From a virus: 64,000 nucleotides of DNA. The stretch lies in the IMG/VR virus record IMGVR_UViG_3300049846_000568, positions 32,001 through 96,000 of that record, one strand, 5' to 3'. Both the position numbers and the translations under genes were made by a program. The notes under the pieces were generated by a model. The model was not told where the DNA came from. It saw only the letters and a list, made by a program, of their open reading frames with translations, and searched no databases. Of the stretch, positions 16,182 through 26,243 are shown piece by piece (within the stretch, counting starts at the first letter, position 1; each line of letters starts with the position of its first letter).

Positions 16182-17408
16182 CTAATTCCTAACCGACTTG
16201 TATGCAAATCGAACTGGACTAGGCTTGGATTCTTCGTCAGACTCAATCCAACTATCACCCACCTTAACCCATTTCTTACGTGGCTCCAAATTACAGTTGC
16301 CACATCCAATACCGGCGGCGTTTGCCCGCTCGCAAGAGAATGGACGGCCACCGATACCCATCTCCCTACGCCTAATCCAGTCGTCAACATGCGCCTGACT
16401 CTTCTCAAAGTTGTAGTCGCTACAGTTAGACAAGATGGCGTGCAGATACTCTAGTGCCTCATCTGTATAGGAGAGGATTGAGCATAGGAACAGGCGCTCT
16501 TCGTGCTCTAGATGATGCTTTGTTTCAGCCTTCTTCCAGAGTTCGTAGATTGCCTTGCAGTTGTCGAATAAATCCACCGGGTCAAACTGTCGCTGCATGT
16601 CGCCAACACCGCGCAGCATCGTGCTGCCGTGCTTGTTGAAGCGCTCTAGCATGTCTTCGGTGGTGTACTTCTTCGGGAGCTTCGCCTCTTCAAACTTATA
16701 GGTATACTCCCTGTACCATTCGTTTGCTGCTAGGTTGAAGGTTTGTTCAGGTACCTCATAGTCTGCTGGTCCAGTGGCGATTTGCTGAATTCGCTCCACT
16801 GGCAGTCCCAACTCTTCGTAGGAAAGTTCTCGTTTATAGAGTCCCGTAGATTGATGTACCGTGTTGGGGAGGCGCCACATCCTTCGAAGGTCATAGACTT
16901 GGAAGTCGAGGTATTCCAAATCAAACTTTGCTTTAAGGTCGCCAGCAATGTGTCTAAATATTGCTGGGAGTTCATTTGATCCGGTAATACCGAGGGCAAG
17001 AGCTTCAAGTTCAACATGGAAGCCCTTCTTCCCAGTGAAGTAAATTCGTACAGCGTCTCTGGGTATGAACGACAGAAAGAACTCAGCCAAGATGAGAGTT
17101 TCTCGTCTGGATCGTTCAATGTCGTCCGAATCGATATCGAAGTATAAAGACCCGAGACGTACAGCGCGATTGAGATCTGTACTGTCGTAGTTGAAGACCG
17201 ATGTATAGATACCCAGTCTTTGATGTTTGTTAGCGTATTCCTCAATGTCTTTCCATTCATAGATACGAGGAAGAGATGGCTTGCCGTCACCCTGACGTAC
17301 CATCTCTCTCATAACTTTCCAGTTACCGTCTTTATCCTGACGCCATCTAGCTGCCTCTATGTACTTCCACCTGTTGGAGTACTTCTCGGGATCGTCTGGC
17401 AATCTCAT
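16182..17408 (-). CDS. archaeo-eukaryotic primase (AEP) fused to a PriL-like Cys domain
   Basis: LYFDID, FTGKKGFHV, RLPNT; C-terminal C...HEERLFL...PFSC..C..C. Confidence 0.85.
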   Translation of the reverse strand: MRLPDDPEKYSNRWKYIEAARWRQDKDGNWKVMREMVRQGDGKPSLPRIYEWKDIEEYANKHQRLGIYTSVFNYDSTDLNRAVRLGSLYFDIDSDDIERSRRETLILAEFFLSFIPRDAVRIYFTGKKGFHVELEALALGITGSNELPAIFRHIAGDLKAKFDLEYLDFQVYDLRRMWRLPNTVHQSTGLYKRELSYEELGLPVERIQQIATGPADYEVPEQTFNLAANEWYREYTYKFEEAKLPKKYTTEDMLERFNKHGSTMLRGVGDMQRQFDPVDLFDNCKAIYELWKKAETKHHLEHEERLFLCSILSYTDEALEYLHAILSNCSDYNFEKSQAHVDDWIRRREMGIGGRPFSCERANAAGIGCGNCNLEPRKKWVKVGDSWIESDEESKPSPVRFAYKSVRN

Positions 17409-17540
17409 AAAGGTCTACTTCCTGCCTCACTACCTACCTCCCAAAGAGGCTCAGCTGGTAGCATTAGATCTTCACCGTTAGATCGGTGATATGTCACATG
17501 CACCAACAAAACATTGAGCCGGTCTCTAATCCACTTACGC

Positions 17541-17738
17541 CTAGCGATACGTTCTTTTGCTGTTAAGGTATCGTTTTGCGAGTTGTGGCCAACTTCCACT
17601 TGTCTTACACTCCTTACAAAGGTATCCCCAATACACCTTACTGTTAGATACGTAGGTGTTGTAGGCGTACAAATCAGCGCCGCACTCTTCGCATTCGACG
17701 CGAGTATTCCAAACTCTATCTTTCTCGTTCTCTGCCAT
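17541..17738 (-). CDS. small zinc-ribbon protein
   Basis: CEEC ... CKEC. Confidence 0.55.
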   Translation of the reverse strand: MAENEKDRVWNTRVECEECGADLYAYNTYVSNSKVYWGYLCKECKTSGSWPQLAKRYLNSKRTYR

Positions 17739-18378
17739 ACTTAATGTTGTCCAGATTTGCTGCTGTTAGGTTGGCTAGATGCACGATCATATCACTTGTG
17801 GTCATTGGAATCGTCTCCGGAACCGGAGAACCAATGCCAAGATGTACCCTTACTAGACGGAGGATCTGCTCGATCACATCATCCTTAAGGTACATCACAC
17901 TAGACTGACTCTCATCACCAAAGATCTTATCGTCATCACGAACGGCCCTCACAAAAGCGCCCACAGTATAGGGGTGCATGGGGTCAAAGAACAATTCATC
18001 ATCCTCTGATCTTAAATGAATCGCCTTAGTCGTATCATGCAGAATGCATGCGGCGATGATCATATCACGTTCGTCAGTATCAACGCAATAAGCTTCACAC
18101 AAAAGTTTGGCTGCCCTTACAACCCTCTTTGTGTGGAGTAGTAGTCCTCCAGCCGTGTACTCGTCGTCAGGGTGGGTACCGATCATATTGTCGGAGGGTG
18201 CATACCAAAACTCATCAGCCTTTAGAAGCACTGAGCGCACAAAATACTGGACGGATTGATTCTGTATTTCCTCAATCTCATCCAGCAATGGGCGAAGAAC
18301 TTCGTTCTCCTGCAAGAACTCTGTCTCGTGTATGTCTTTTAGCACGAATTCATCTAGTAGTCTATCTGCGTTCGGCAT
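17716..18378 (-). CDS. HD-domain phosphohydrolase-like protein (YhaM-like)
   Basis: APS...H..GGLLLHTKRV, ILHD, VHLG, IVHLAN. Confidence 0.8.
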   Translation of the reverse strand: MPNADRLLDEFVLKDIHETEFLQENEVLRPLLDEIEEIQNQSVQYFVRSVLLKADEFWYAPSDNMIGTHPDDEYTAGGLLLHTKRVVRAAKLLCEAYCVDTDERDMIIAACILHDTTKAIHLRSEDDELFFDPMHPYTVGAFVRAVRDDDKIFGDESQSSVMYLKDDVIEQILRLVRVHLGIGSPVPETIPMTTSDMIVHLANLTAANLDNIKYGRERER

Positions 18379-18523
18379 GTGCGGCCTCTCGGTTCTTGTA
18401 TACGTCTGCCATCTTGTCTACCGCTAAGGATAAGAACTCGTGGGGATCCACCCCAAGGCGCTCACAGAGTTCTACTATCTTCTGCGAGCGATCCTCGTCA
18501 AATAGGAACCCTATTCGTCCCAT
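18362..18523 (-). CDS. small putative ribbon-helix-helix protein (53 aa, MGRIGFLFDEDR...); not in ORF track
   Basis: Fills the gap; alternating beta strand then two helices. Confidence 0.5.
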   Translation of the reverse strand: MGRIGFLFDEDRSQKIVELCERLGVDPHEFLSLAVDKMADVYKNREAAHAERR

Positions 18524-19332
18524 CCTGCGCGCCTTATCTCAAGCATCTTTTCTGTCAAGGTAAATTCTCGACAAGGCGCATCAAAGGGGCAGCTCCTACA
18601 GTAGTTGGTAAGGCCTCTACGCGGTACGAAAACCTGAGTTCCTGCCGCTTCCTCTAGCCAATAATGGAGAGAGTTGACATCTACCGTTGGCACGTCGACA
18701 GGGTGGAACCCAAACTTACCGGGCGAAACAATATCGTAATACCCATAACGCACGTTCATTTTGCGATTGTCATTGCGATAATCAAACGCCATACGAAGGG
18801 CAGCGAAATCCATCATTAGCGAACTTGCCGGTATCCTCTTGGTATTAGTAACCCATTTAATGACCGTAAACATGCCCTTCTTATCCCTCAATACGAGGTC
18901 AAAACTACCGATTAGGCGGATGTCGTGGCCAACCGGGACAACAAAATCCTCGTTGATCAACACGGGGTCGTTATGTGTATCCTCTGCAAACTCCTCATAG
19001 AAGCGGAGTAGTGATCTTGTAGCTTCTGAACTATAGCTAGCCAGATTACCGTGAATGATCTCATGCTGCTCCACCGCAAGATCGTAAGCCGTCATATCCT
19101 TGGGGAACCAATGCTTCTCCCAACGGTTTAGGATGGCGGATACAGATGGGATAATGCCCGACTGTTTCTTGTAGAAGAAGAAGGACAGAATCCTTTTCAT
19201 CGTGTTCTCAAACCTTATGGACAACTCGTCAGCCCTATTGACAGGCTCATACATCTCCTGAAGATGGCGGAAATCGTATAAGAGAGCACAAGTTTGGAAG
19301 TCCTTCAGTGCATCAATGTGAATGTCTATCAT
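18511..19332 (-). CDS. degenerate RecB/Cas4-like protein
   Basis: FQTC, GSFDLVL, CRSCPFDAPC; DxK motif replaced by KWV. Confidence 0.7.
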   Translation of the reverse strand: MIDIHIDALKDFQTCALLYDFRHLQEMYEPVNRADELSIRFENTMKRILSFFFYKKQSGIIPSVSAILNRWEKHWFPKDMTAYDLAVEQHEIIHGNLASYSSEATRSLLRFYEEFAEDTHNDPVLINEDFVVPVGHDIRLIGSFDLVLRDKKGMFTVIKWVTNTKRIPASSLMMDFAALRMAFDYRNDNRKMNVRYGYYDIVSPGKFGFHPVDVPTVDVNSLHYWLEEAAGTQVFVPRRGLTNYCRSCPFDAPCREFTLTEKMLEIRRAGWDE

Positions 19333-20789
19333 AGGTTAAAATCGTCTCCGAATACATCTAGCTCTTCTAGATAGTCGTTGTCGTATAGAGCCTGATCAAC
19401 CTGTTCAAACTCCTCATACGATTTCGTCTCATCATTATACATCACAAGTGGGGGGTCATACGTAAATGTTGAACCAGTAATTCGGTTCTTTGGAATCTGT
19501 AACTGCATGAGGAACTCGTCTTCCGAGTCGTCCCCACTCAGTAACTTCTTCTCCGTAATGAAGGTGATAACAGAGCACTTCTGCACGATGCTGATAGAGC
19601 CGCCAACATCCTGCTGCTCAATCAGTTCTCGCTTCTCCTTCATTGCGTTAACGTTCTGCTGTGCGGTCAGGATAAACACTGCATTCATATCCTTCGCCAG
19701 CTTCTCTAGACGAATCATCATACGCTCATACTGCTCCCAGCGTGGACCGCCACCACGACCAAGCATTGACTGGATGGTGTCGATGATTACCACATCTGGA
19801 ATCCTAGCGTTGTGACCCATGACATCGCGCAGCCATAGTTCAAGATCATCGTAGTAAGAACTGTCTGGACTGTGGCGGATCATCATTCGATCGCCCCATT
19901 CATTCAGTTTCTCCTTGAAAACCTCAAGGCGATATTCTTTTTCCTCTGGTGTCCACAACCTTGAATGGGCATAGACGTTCTCCTTGATGATCTGGGTCAT
20001 CAGGATGCGCTCCCAATGGGCTTGGGCTTCCTCGTAATTCACGTAGCATACGGTGTAGCCGGAGTCTAGCCAGTGATTGGCGAGGATCTTAGAGAACGTA
20101 CTCTTACCCTTACCGGATGGAGCGACAATGGCGTGTACCGCGCCCCTGAAATAGCCCCCCTCTTCGGTATACCCGAGAGCCCTATTGTAGGAAGGGAAGG
20201 GAGTAGAGAGGAAATCTGGCACATCCATCAGAGACTCTGCCCTAGCTGCGATGTCGTCTCCTGTGACCACTACATCCAGCGGATTGTAGTCTAGATTGCT
20301 CTCTAATGAGCGAATCTGATCTGTTAGCTGTAGGATCTTCTCGACTTCTTCATCTGTCTTGTGGCCCTTTTTGGCCAGCAGGCTCTGAAGCGTCTGCATG
20401 TTGTTCAGCTGCTTGCGCTGATTGGCGCGGTAGCGTAAAACCTTAATGACAGAATCGACAGTGGTGAGATCCAGACTCATCACAGTATCTACAAAGTAGG
20501 TGATCGGACCCATGCCGCCGAGAGCATCAACGATGTCTGTCTCTGTCTGAACCCACGCCTTCCAGGCAATGGGGTCAATTGGGTCTAAGCCAGTCTTCTC
20601 GTAGAAGTGAAGGAATGCCTTGTAGAACTCATGGATTCCTGTATCGCCGTGAATCGCGCCAACATAATCTGGTGGGAGTTCATCAGCGAATCTCTCAATT
20701 GCACCCTCTTCCTTAAATGCTAGGGCAAAAACCTGGTATTCCAGGGGTGTTACTTCTTCCTCAATCTCTAGTTCTAGACTAGCCGTCAC
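19329..20789 (-). CDS. DnaB-like (SF4) replicative helicase
   Basis: Walker A APSGKGKS, YEE, VIIDTIQ, LAKDMN..TAQQN, KNR. Confidence 0.9.
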   Translation of the reverse strand: MTASLELEIEEEVTPLEYQVFALAFKEEGAIERFADELPPDYVGAIHGDTGIHEFYKAFLHFYEKTGLDPIDPIAWKAWVQTETDIVDALGGMGPITYFVDTVMSLDLTTVDSVIKVLRYRANQRKQLNNMQTLQSLLAKKGHKTDEEVEKILQLTDQIRSLESNLDYNPLDVVVTGDDIAARAESLMDVPDFLSTPFPSYNRALGYTEEGGYFRGAVHAIVAPSGKGKSTFSKILANHWLDSGYTVCYVNYEEAQAHWERILMTQIIKENVYAHSRLWTPEEKEYRLEVFKEKLNEWGDRMMIRHSPDSSYYDDLELWLRDVMGHNARIPDVVIIDTIQSMLGRGGGPRWEQYERMMIRLEKLAKDMNAVFILTAQQNVNAMKEKRELIEQQDVGGSISIVQKCSVITFITEKKLLSGDDSEDEFLMQLQIPKNRITGSTFTYDPPLVMYNDETKSYEEFEQVDQALYDNDYLEELDVFGDDFNL

Positions 20790-21408
20790 GCCTCTTCCTC
20801 TTTAGCTCTCTGTAGCGCTTCTTTCGATACTCTCTATCAGACTCTTTACGCTTCTCGTAGTAAGCGTTTCCCTTGTAGCGGCTCTCTCGTTTCTCTTTGA
20901 CATAGGGGGTGCTGTTTAGAGCGCCTACTATTCTCTCAAATACAGCCTCCTGTGTCAACTTATCTGTGAACCTAAATACAACAAGCGCAATACCTTGCTC
21001 TTTGCACAGTTCTATCTTGCGCTCGTCACGCTTCTGTGCGTCGAGGAAGTCCTGACGATCCTTGAAGAACAGGTTAGAGTAGAAGAAGTGCTGCCTACCG
21101 TGATACTCGATGCCTAGCTTATACTGTGGCAGGTAGATATCTAGACGTAGCTTCTCCCCAACTTGATATTCGTTGATGATCTCAGCCTTAGGGATGAGTT
21201 GCCTAACAATCTTTGTAAGTGCAGCCTGTCCGCGTGAAACCTTGCGACCCCTACTGGCAACCCAATCAAGACCTAGAGCCTTAATGCGTCGATTAAGTTC
21301 AGCTATTGTAATCCCCAACTCATCAGCGATTTCCGGATACGAGACATTGCTGTCAAAGATCCGATCTTTGATGATCGCATCCTTGTCCCAAAACTCATCG
21401 TCCTTCAT
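20779..21408 (-). CDS. HTH plus Vsr/DUF559-like endonuclease
   Basis: SYPEIADELGIT HTH; RLDIYLP...IEYHGRQH...RDERK. Confidence 0.75.
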   Translation of the reverse strand: MKDDEFWDKDAIIKDRIFDSNVSYPEIADELGITIAELNRRIKALGLDWVASRGRKVSRGQAALTKIVRQLIPKAEIINEYQVGEKLRLDIYLPQYKLGIEYHGRQHFFYSNLFFKDRQDFLDAQKRDERKIELCKEQGIALVVFRFTDKLTQEAVFERIVGALNSTPYVKEKRESRYKGNAYYEKRKESDREYRKKRYRELKRKRRDG

Positions 21409-21416
21409 AAGGACTC

Positions 21417-22202
21417 CTAACTGTATGGTGGTGAAATGATTAGGTGCTGTAGCTGGTCTTGATTCTCTTGAACCCACCTAGGGTAAAAGTAGTTGATGGG
21501 AGTATACCTTAACGGGAACCTGTCAAATGGGTCGATGCCGTTCTTAGCGCATCTGTGCATGTGCGATGCAGCCTTAAATTCCTCTGTGTTCATCTCAGTG
21601 TGAGCAAAGGATTCAATTTTCTTGCGCGCTCTTTCTTGATCTCCCAAGAACGAGAAGTGCCACCCACCAATATTGTGCCCAACTATCGGAAGGTTTGCTG
21701 CTCTTAATTCCTGCGGCGAAGGGCCATTCTGTAGGTCGCCATTCAGAACCGCAACCGGACGAGCACCCTGGTTACAGTGTTTCGGCACTTGCCAGTTAAG
21801 ATTCCAGAAATACTGCACATTGTCAATACGAACCGGAAAATTCTGAAGCCATCTCTTAGCCCCTAAAACTGTGGGGCTAACAATTTCGTCAGCGTCTGAG
21901 ATTAGAATGGTAGCGTCGCTTGGGGCCCACTCAACGGCGCTCCTAATAGCGTTGCGCTGATAATACTCTCGTTCCCATGGTGTCATATCCTGACTCGGAA
22001 AACTGATTTGATAACGGAGAATCTTATGTCTCCATTTGTCAACCCAATTCGGTAGATCGTCAAAGTAAAATGGCTTGGGCAGACCGGTAAATGTTTGGTC
22101 TGCCTCTACCACCACAAACTCGTCTACCACATCACCAAGCTCTTCAAGGCGAATCCTAAGAACGTCAGTCTCATTGTAGTATGTGAATGCGTCAACTATC
22201 AC
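21417..22202 (-). CDS. GT17-family glycosyltransferase (beta-1,4-GlcNAc transferase-like)
   Basis: DAFTYYNETDVLRIRLEEL..VDEFVVVEA..TFTG..KP, REYYQRN, SDADEI, GWHFSF. Confidence 0.85.
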   Translation of the reverse strand: MIVDAFTYYNETDVLRIRLEELGDVVDEFVVVEADQTFTGLPKPFYFDDLPNWVDKWRHKILRYQISFPSQDMTPWEREYYQRNAIRSAVEWAPSDATILISDADEIVSPTVLGAKRWLQNFPVRIDNVQYFWNLNWQVPKHCNQGARPVAVLNGDLQNGPSPQELRAANLPIVGHNIGGWHFSFLGDQERARKKIESFAHTEMNTEEFKAASHMHRCAKNGIDPFDRFPLRYTPINYFYPRWVQENQDQLQHLIISPPYS

Positions 22203-22702
22203 TTTTCAAACACCACCACTTCTTCGTGCGCCAACATTGCATACGAACGAAATAGATCCTCTGCGTGATAGTTTCTACTGAAGACATCAAACAAACCCGA
22301 CGCCCAAAAGGCTGGATTCACAAGCACGATGACGCCACCACGCTTCATAAGTTCGTATATCTGATGACTTAATTGTTCTGGCGAACCAAAGTTAATGGGA
22401 TGGGCGTAGTTCACCGACACAAACGTGTCACAATAATCGTGACCAAAGTAGCTGTCGTTGATCTCTGGTAGCCAGCTAAAACTATGCTCGTATGGACTAT
22501 CGCCTTCACCATAGTAAAGATGCCAAGATTCCACACCAAACTCAGGATCACGAAGAACGGGTACAAGGTCGTAATCGTCCCCATAATAAATGAGTGGACT
22601 GCGTGGGTCTACAACATCCTTTAGGATGTGTGCAAAGAATCGCCAGTTAAAGCTTGACTCCCTCGCAGCGTAGCCAGCCCCAATCGCTTCCTCTCTTGAC
22701 AT
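22199..22702 (-). CDS. divergent methyltransferase-like protein
   Basis: CDTFVSV...IYELMKRGGVIVL resembles class I MTase C-half; motif I degenerate. Confidence 0.45.
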   Translation of the reverse strand: MSREEAIGAGYAARESSFNWRFFAHILKDVVDPRSPLIYYGDDYDLVPVLRDPEFGVESWHLYYGEGDSPYEHSFSWLPEINDSYFGHDYCDTFVSVNYAHPINFGSPEQLSHQIYELMKRGGVIVLVNPAFWASGLFDVFSRNYHAEDLFRSYAMLAHEEVVVFEK

Positions 22703-23180
22703 CTACTACCTCCAAACCAGCCTGCTCAAAGAAGTGAGGCAGGGTCAAATGCGTGATTCCCGCAAAGTGAATATCGTATGGGTTCAACTGCTCAGCGAAG
22801 AAGATCTGCTGCATTGCTAGATGGTTCTCTAACGTCTCTGTAGCAAGTAGCTGAGCGCAGGCTGCCGCAAAGTCGGGCGCCTCAATAACCATTGTACCAC
22901 CAGGCTTTAGAATTCGCGCCCATTCCTTGATGACATCACCAGTTTTACGCCAGGAGAAGTGCTCGATTGCCTCACTAGAGAACACAAGATCAGCGAAGTT
23001 GTCGGCAATCTGTAGGTTCTCGGCGTCACACACAACATCAACCGGCATGCGCCTCTTGGCTACTGGATCCCATAGCGGAAACTCGTCAATGTCCACATGA
23101 ATCCAGTCTTCACCGACCCATGTCCTTGTGCCAATTACAACCTTAACACCATCGCTCTGTGGGATGGTTTCAAGTCTCAT
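22647..23180 (-). CDS. class I SAM-dependent methyltransferase
   Basis: WIHVDI, CDAENL, DLVFSSEAIEHF, RILKPGG..IEAPD. Confidence 0.85.
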   Translation of the reverse strand: MRLETIPQSDGVKVVIGTRTWVGEDWIHVDIDEFPLWDPVAKRRMPVDVVCDAENLQIADNFADLVFSSEAIEHFSWRKTGDVIKEWARILKPGGTMVIEAPDFAAACAQLLATETLENHLAMQQIFFAEQLNPYDIHFAGITHLTLPHFFEQAGLEVVDVKRGSDWGWLRCEGVKL

Positions 23181-23358
23181 ATCTGTTTTCCCATTCTTCC
23201 TTTGTTGCACAGTCCCAATGTAGGCCTTCACGCCACCCACACTCTTTGTGTGGACAATTGTGAAGCCATATCCAGGAATCGTCTATCTCTAGCTCATCAA
23301 ATTCTACTTCCGACCCACACCATGGGCATGGATCGCAGCATTTGTACGTGAACGTCAT
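23170..23358 (-). CDS. small Cys-rich protein
   Basis: CPWC ... CPHKEC. Confidence 0.55.
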   Translation of the reverse strand: MTFTYKCCDPCPWCGSEVEFDELEIDDSWIWLHNCPHKECGWREGLHWDCATKEEWENRYET

Positions 23359-23783
23359 CAGCAGAACGTCAATCTCTCTTCGGGATAATTACTTACCGCA
23401 CTTACTCCCTGCTTAGCGCCATATTCGCTGAGAGTCCAAACCTTATCTGTGCCAGCGAAAGTGATATTGACTGGTTCCACTTCGTCAAGTAAGGACTGCA
23501 GTGTTCTCCGCATTGTCTCAACATTAAACTTATCGTAGTCCTGTGGCTTTTTATCACCAAGCAGGGTCGATACCTTGTGGTACAGTACGTGAATTTCGTC
23601 CTCACGTCGTTTCAATGCACCCTTGTAGTTCAGGATGTCGTTATCGTAATCGCGCAGAAGATCATACGCCGCCTGCTTGGCCTCTCGTGCGTTGGCCAAC
23701 TCCTCTTTTAGTCTCTCATTTTCCTCTAAGATTTCACCCAAACTCGAAAGAGCAGCGATTACACTATCAACTTCAATATCCAT
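23358..23783 (-). CDS. coiled-coil hypothetical protein
   Basis: Heptad-rich; coupled at both ends. Confidence 0.65.
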   Translation of the reverse strand: MDIEVDSVIAALSSLGEILEENERLKEELANAREAKQAAYDLLRDYDNDILNYKGALKRREDEIHVLYHKVSTLLGDKKPQDYDKFNVETMRRTLQSLLDEVEPVNITFAGTDKVWTLSEYGAKQGVSAVSNYPEERLTFC

Positions 23784-24646
23784 TAGATGATTCTTCCTCG
23801 ATACAAGTGTTGCCACCTTGGCACCTTAATGAGGTCTACCTCACGGCCAAGGCCTGCGATGTATACTGTCTCAGGCTCTTCGTTGAGCCCCTGTAGCTCA
23901 GGCTGCAGATGATACCACTCTTCCATGTACAATGCAACTGGTGGCCAATCTTCATAACGAATCACATTAGGTGAATGGTAGTGTGTCTGCCCACTGAAGT
24001 ACTTGTTCCACTTGTTTACCCAATTGATAACGCCCTGATTGATGCGCTCCTGTGCTGCTGGGTTGCGCGTGCTTGACGCGTCGTGGCGCACGTGTACTTC
24101 TGGTGCCGCGGCCATTCTCCAACCACCAAGACGTAGCCTGGTCTGGAAATCTACCTCTTCCTGATGGCCAATCTCTGTGTCGAAACCACCGATCTCCTTG
24201 TAGCGCTGACGGTTCAGCATCCAACAGAACCCCACACCCCAAAGGATCTCGGCGTAACGTGGACGTTGAATCATATACGATCCACCATTGGGGAACACCA
24301 TGGCGAGTTCGTGATTGGCCTCTAGATAGAGTGCCAACTTCTCATCCCAGCCATGTGTTTGTACGTAGGCGTCGTTGTCGATGTATCCTACGTTGTTTGT
24401 TTCGGCCCACTCTAGAATCTGATTGACCGCCCCAGCATATCCCAGGTTCTCATCAAGGAACCGTGGGATGATGCGGGAGTCCTGGTCTGCGTGCTTGCTA
24501 ATGACTTCCTTCACCAGAGGATCAGGAGAGTTGTTATCAACAACAAGGCAGCGCCACTCAGATGTAGAGAGGTGCCTTAGGGCGCTGAGCGCCCTGTCCA
24601 GCTTATCGGGATTCTGATACGAGGCTGTGCCAAGATCAATCCTCAT
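23783..24646 (-). CDS. GT2-family glycosyltransferase
   Basis: VVDNNSPD, ENLGYAGAVN, YIDND, IGGFD, EEVDF. Confidence 0.9.
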   Translation of the reverse strand: MRIDLGTASYQNPDKLDRALSALRHLSTSEWRCLVVDNNSPDPLVKEVISKHADQDSRIIPRFLDENLGYAGAVNQILEWAETNNVGYIDNDAYVQTHGWDEKLALYLEANHELAMVFPNGGSYMIQRPRYAEILWGVGFCWMLNRQRYKEIGGFDTEIGHQEEVDFQTRLRLGGWRMAAAPEVHVRHDASSTRNPAAQERINQGVINWVNKWNKYFSGQTHYHSPNVIRYEDWPPVALYMEEWYHLQPELQGLNEEPETVYIAGLGREVDLIKVPRWQHLYRGRII

Positions 24647-25377
24647 TACGGCTTCCTCCACCATCCATTGTCGTTGTTCTTGAATCCAATTGATTCTAGC
24701 AGGGGAATCCAGTCATGCTCAAATCGGTTGTTAACCGAGAGGTGCATTGGGATACTGTTGCCGTGCTCTTCGTCGCCAATTGCAAAGGCGTTCTGCGCCA
24801 TGAACTGGCCATTCTTCTTCAATGCCTTGAAGACTGCGTTTGCCCAATCCTCTACATTGACAAGATGCTCGAAGAAGTCCAGTGCCACTACGGCATCAAA
24901 CTTACGAGAGCCAAGATCTGGATTCCAGTCAGGCGTAAAGAGTGTTGCGACCTCTACGTTGTACTTGTTGAAGAGGAACTGTGCGAATGCTGCCGTGCGG
25001 CCACCCTCAAGGTCGTTATAGGTTGGACTTAGTCCCTCCTGCGCACAACGGATTGAGAGATCACCCACGCCATCACCAAGAATCAGCACGTTCTTCTTTT
25101 TGTTGGCAGAAAGGTACTGTGCGATACCGTCGCACATGCCGCTATAGTTGAAGCCAGGCTCTAGATGGTATGCGCTAAGCTCCCAAATGTAGGCTTCTGT
25201 ATTGCGGTACCAGTTAAGTAGTGACTCGGGGTCATTGACGTCTGCGCCAGCAGCGAAGAAATCCTCCGCCACCATTCTATGGTTCTCGTGAAACCCCTTG
25301 GCAAGGCGCCCGAAGACTGGCTCCGGATCCGTACCAAAGAACTCGATTAGATCCCATGCTCTTTGTTCTAGATTCAT
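24646..25377 (-). CDS. class I SAM-dependent methyltransferase
   Basis: VLILGDGVGD motif I, FDAVVALDFFEHL, LKKNG. Confidence 0.85.
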   Translation of the reverse strand: MNLEQRAWDLIEFFGTDPEPVFGRLAKGFHENHRMVAEDFFAAGADVNDPESLLNWYRNTEAYIWELSAYHLEPGFNYSGMCDGIAQYLSANKKKNVLILGDGVGDLSIRCAQEGLSPTYNDLEGGRTAAFAQFLFNKYNVEVATLFTPDWNPDLGSRKFDAVVALDFFEHLVNVEDWANAVFKALKKNGQFMAQNAFAIGDEEHGNSIPMHLSVNNRFEHDWIPLLESIGFKNNDNGWWRKP

Positions 25378-26243
25378 TTCTGTAGTCTACTCCATTCAAT
25401 AAAGGATGAGATTAGCCCATCCTCATATTCCATACCGTATCGTGAGCCAATTTGCCACGTCGTATCACGTGGACGGGGAGCTATACCCTCAAAGTATTCG
25501 TGTGAGATAGGCTGAATATCAGCTTCAATTATCCCATGTGTGTGATATTTAAGATCCGCCGCCACCCTAAACCTGGAGACCGTAATCGGGATACCAATAT
25601 GAATTGGCCAACTACCGGGATTCATAGCCTCGTCCCACAGTCGATATGCGGCGTCCTTGGCGAACACGGGTGAGAAAAACCTGTCATCAACCTGCAGCTG
25701 CTTTGGGTTCTCAATCATATGCTCTAGCGGATTCTTACGGCCAATATCCTGAAATGGACGAACACCAAGCACAAATGTCAATCTTGCGATGCTTGACCGC
25801 ACGCCAAGAATTTCCTTGACGGCTAGTTCGGCGGCGTACTTTTGCTTACCGTATTCGGTAATTGGATCGGGCTCACTTAATGCGTCGTAGGGTGGGTTTT
25901 CACCAGAGAATACCCCTTGACTACTAACCTGAATCATGTGCGCATCGTTTTGCTTGCACCAGTTAGCAATCACCTTAGGGATGTTGACGTTGATATTCTC
26001 ATACTTACCAGGATTACCCTCTACTACGTCAACCCTATTCTCGCCAGCCAGATTCACTACCACATCGGGGTGAAACAAACGCAAATGCTCAAGGAGGTCT
26101 TTTGTGTTCTCCATGTCTAGAGCATCGTATTCGGGATGGGGTGTACGGCGAACAAAACTAGCCACCACATTATCTGGCTTTGTCAGGATCATGTGCTGCC
26201 CGACGACGCCGCCCGCCCCAAAAACTAAAACTCTACGAGCCAT
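25374..26243 (-). CDS. RmlD-like NDP-4-keto-6-deoxyhexose reductase (extended SDR)
   Basis: GAGGVVG, PDVVVNLAG, QVSS..VFSG, YGKQK. Confidence 0.85.
   Translation of the reverse strand: MARRVLVFGAGGVVGQHMILTKPDNVVASFVRRTPHPEYDALDMENTKDLLEHLRLFHPDVVVNLAGENRVDVVEGNPGKYENINVNIPKVIANWCKQNDAHMIQVSSQGVFSGENPPYDALSEPDPITEYGKQKYAAELAVKEILGVRSSIARLTFVLGVRPFQDIGRKNPLEHMIENPKQLQVDDRFFSPVFAKDAAYRLWDEAMNPGSWPIHIGIPITVSRFRVAADLKYHTHGIIEADIQPISHEYFEGIAPRPRDTTWQIGSRYGMEYEDGLISSFIEWSRLQK

Noticed and set aside
16151-16193. Short near-duplication AACTA(A)TTCCTAAC
   Set aside because: Only 13-14 bp around an RBS; too short to support a function
17405-17599. 64-aa ORF upstream of the primase
   Set aside because: Overlaps the zinc-ribbon gene, has no convincing start or motif; left uncalled
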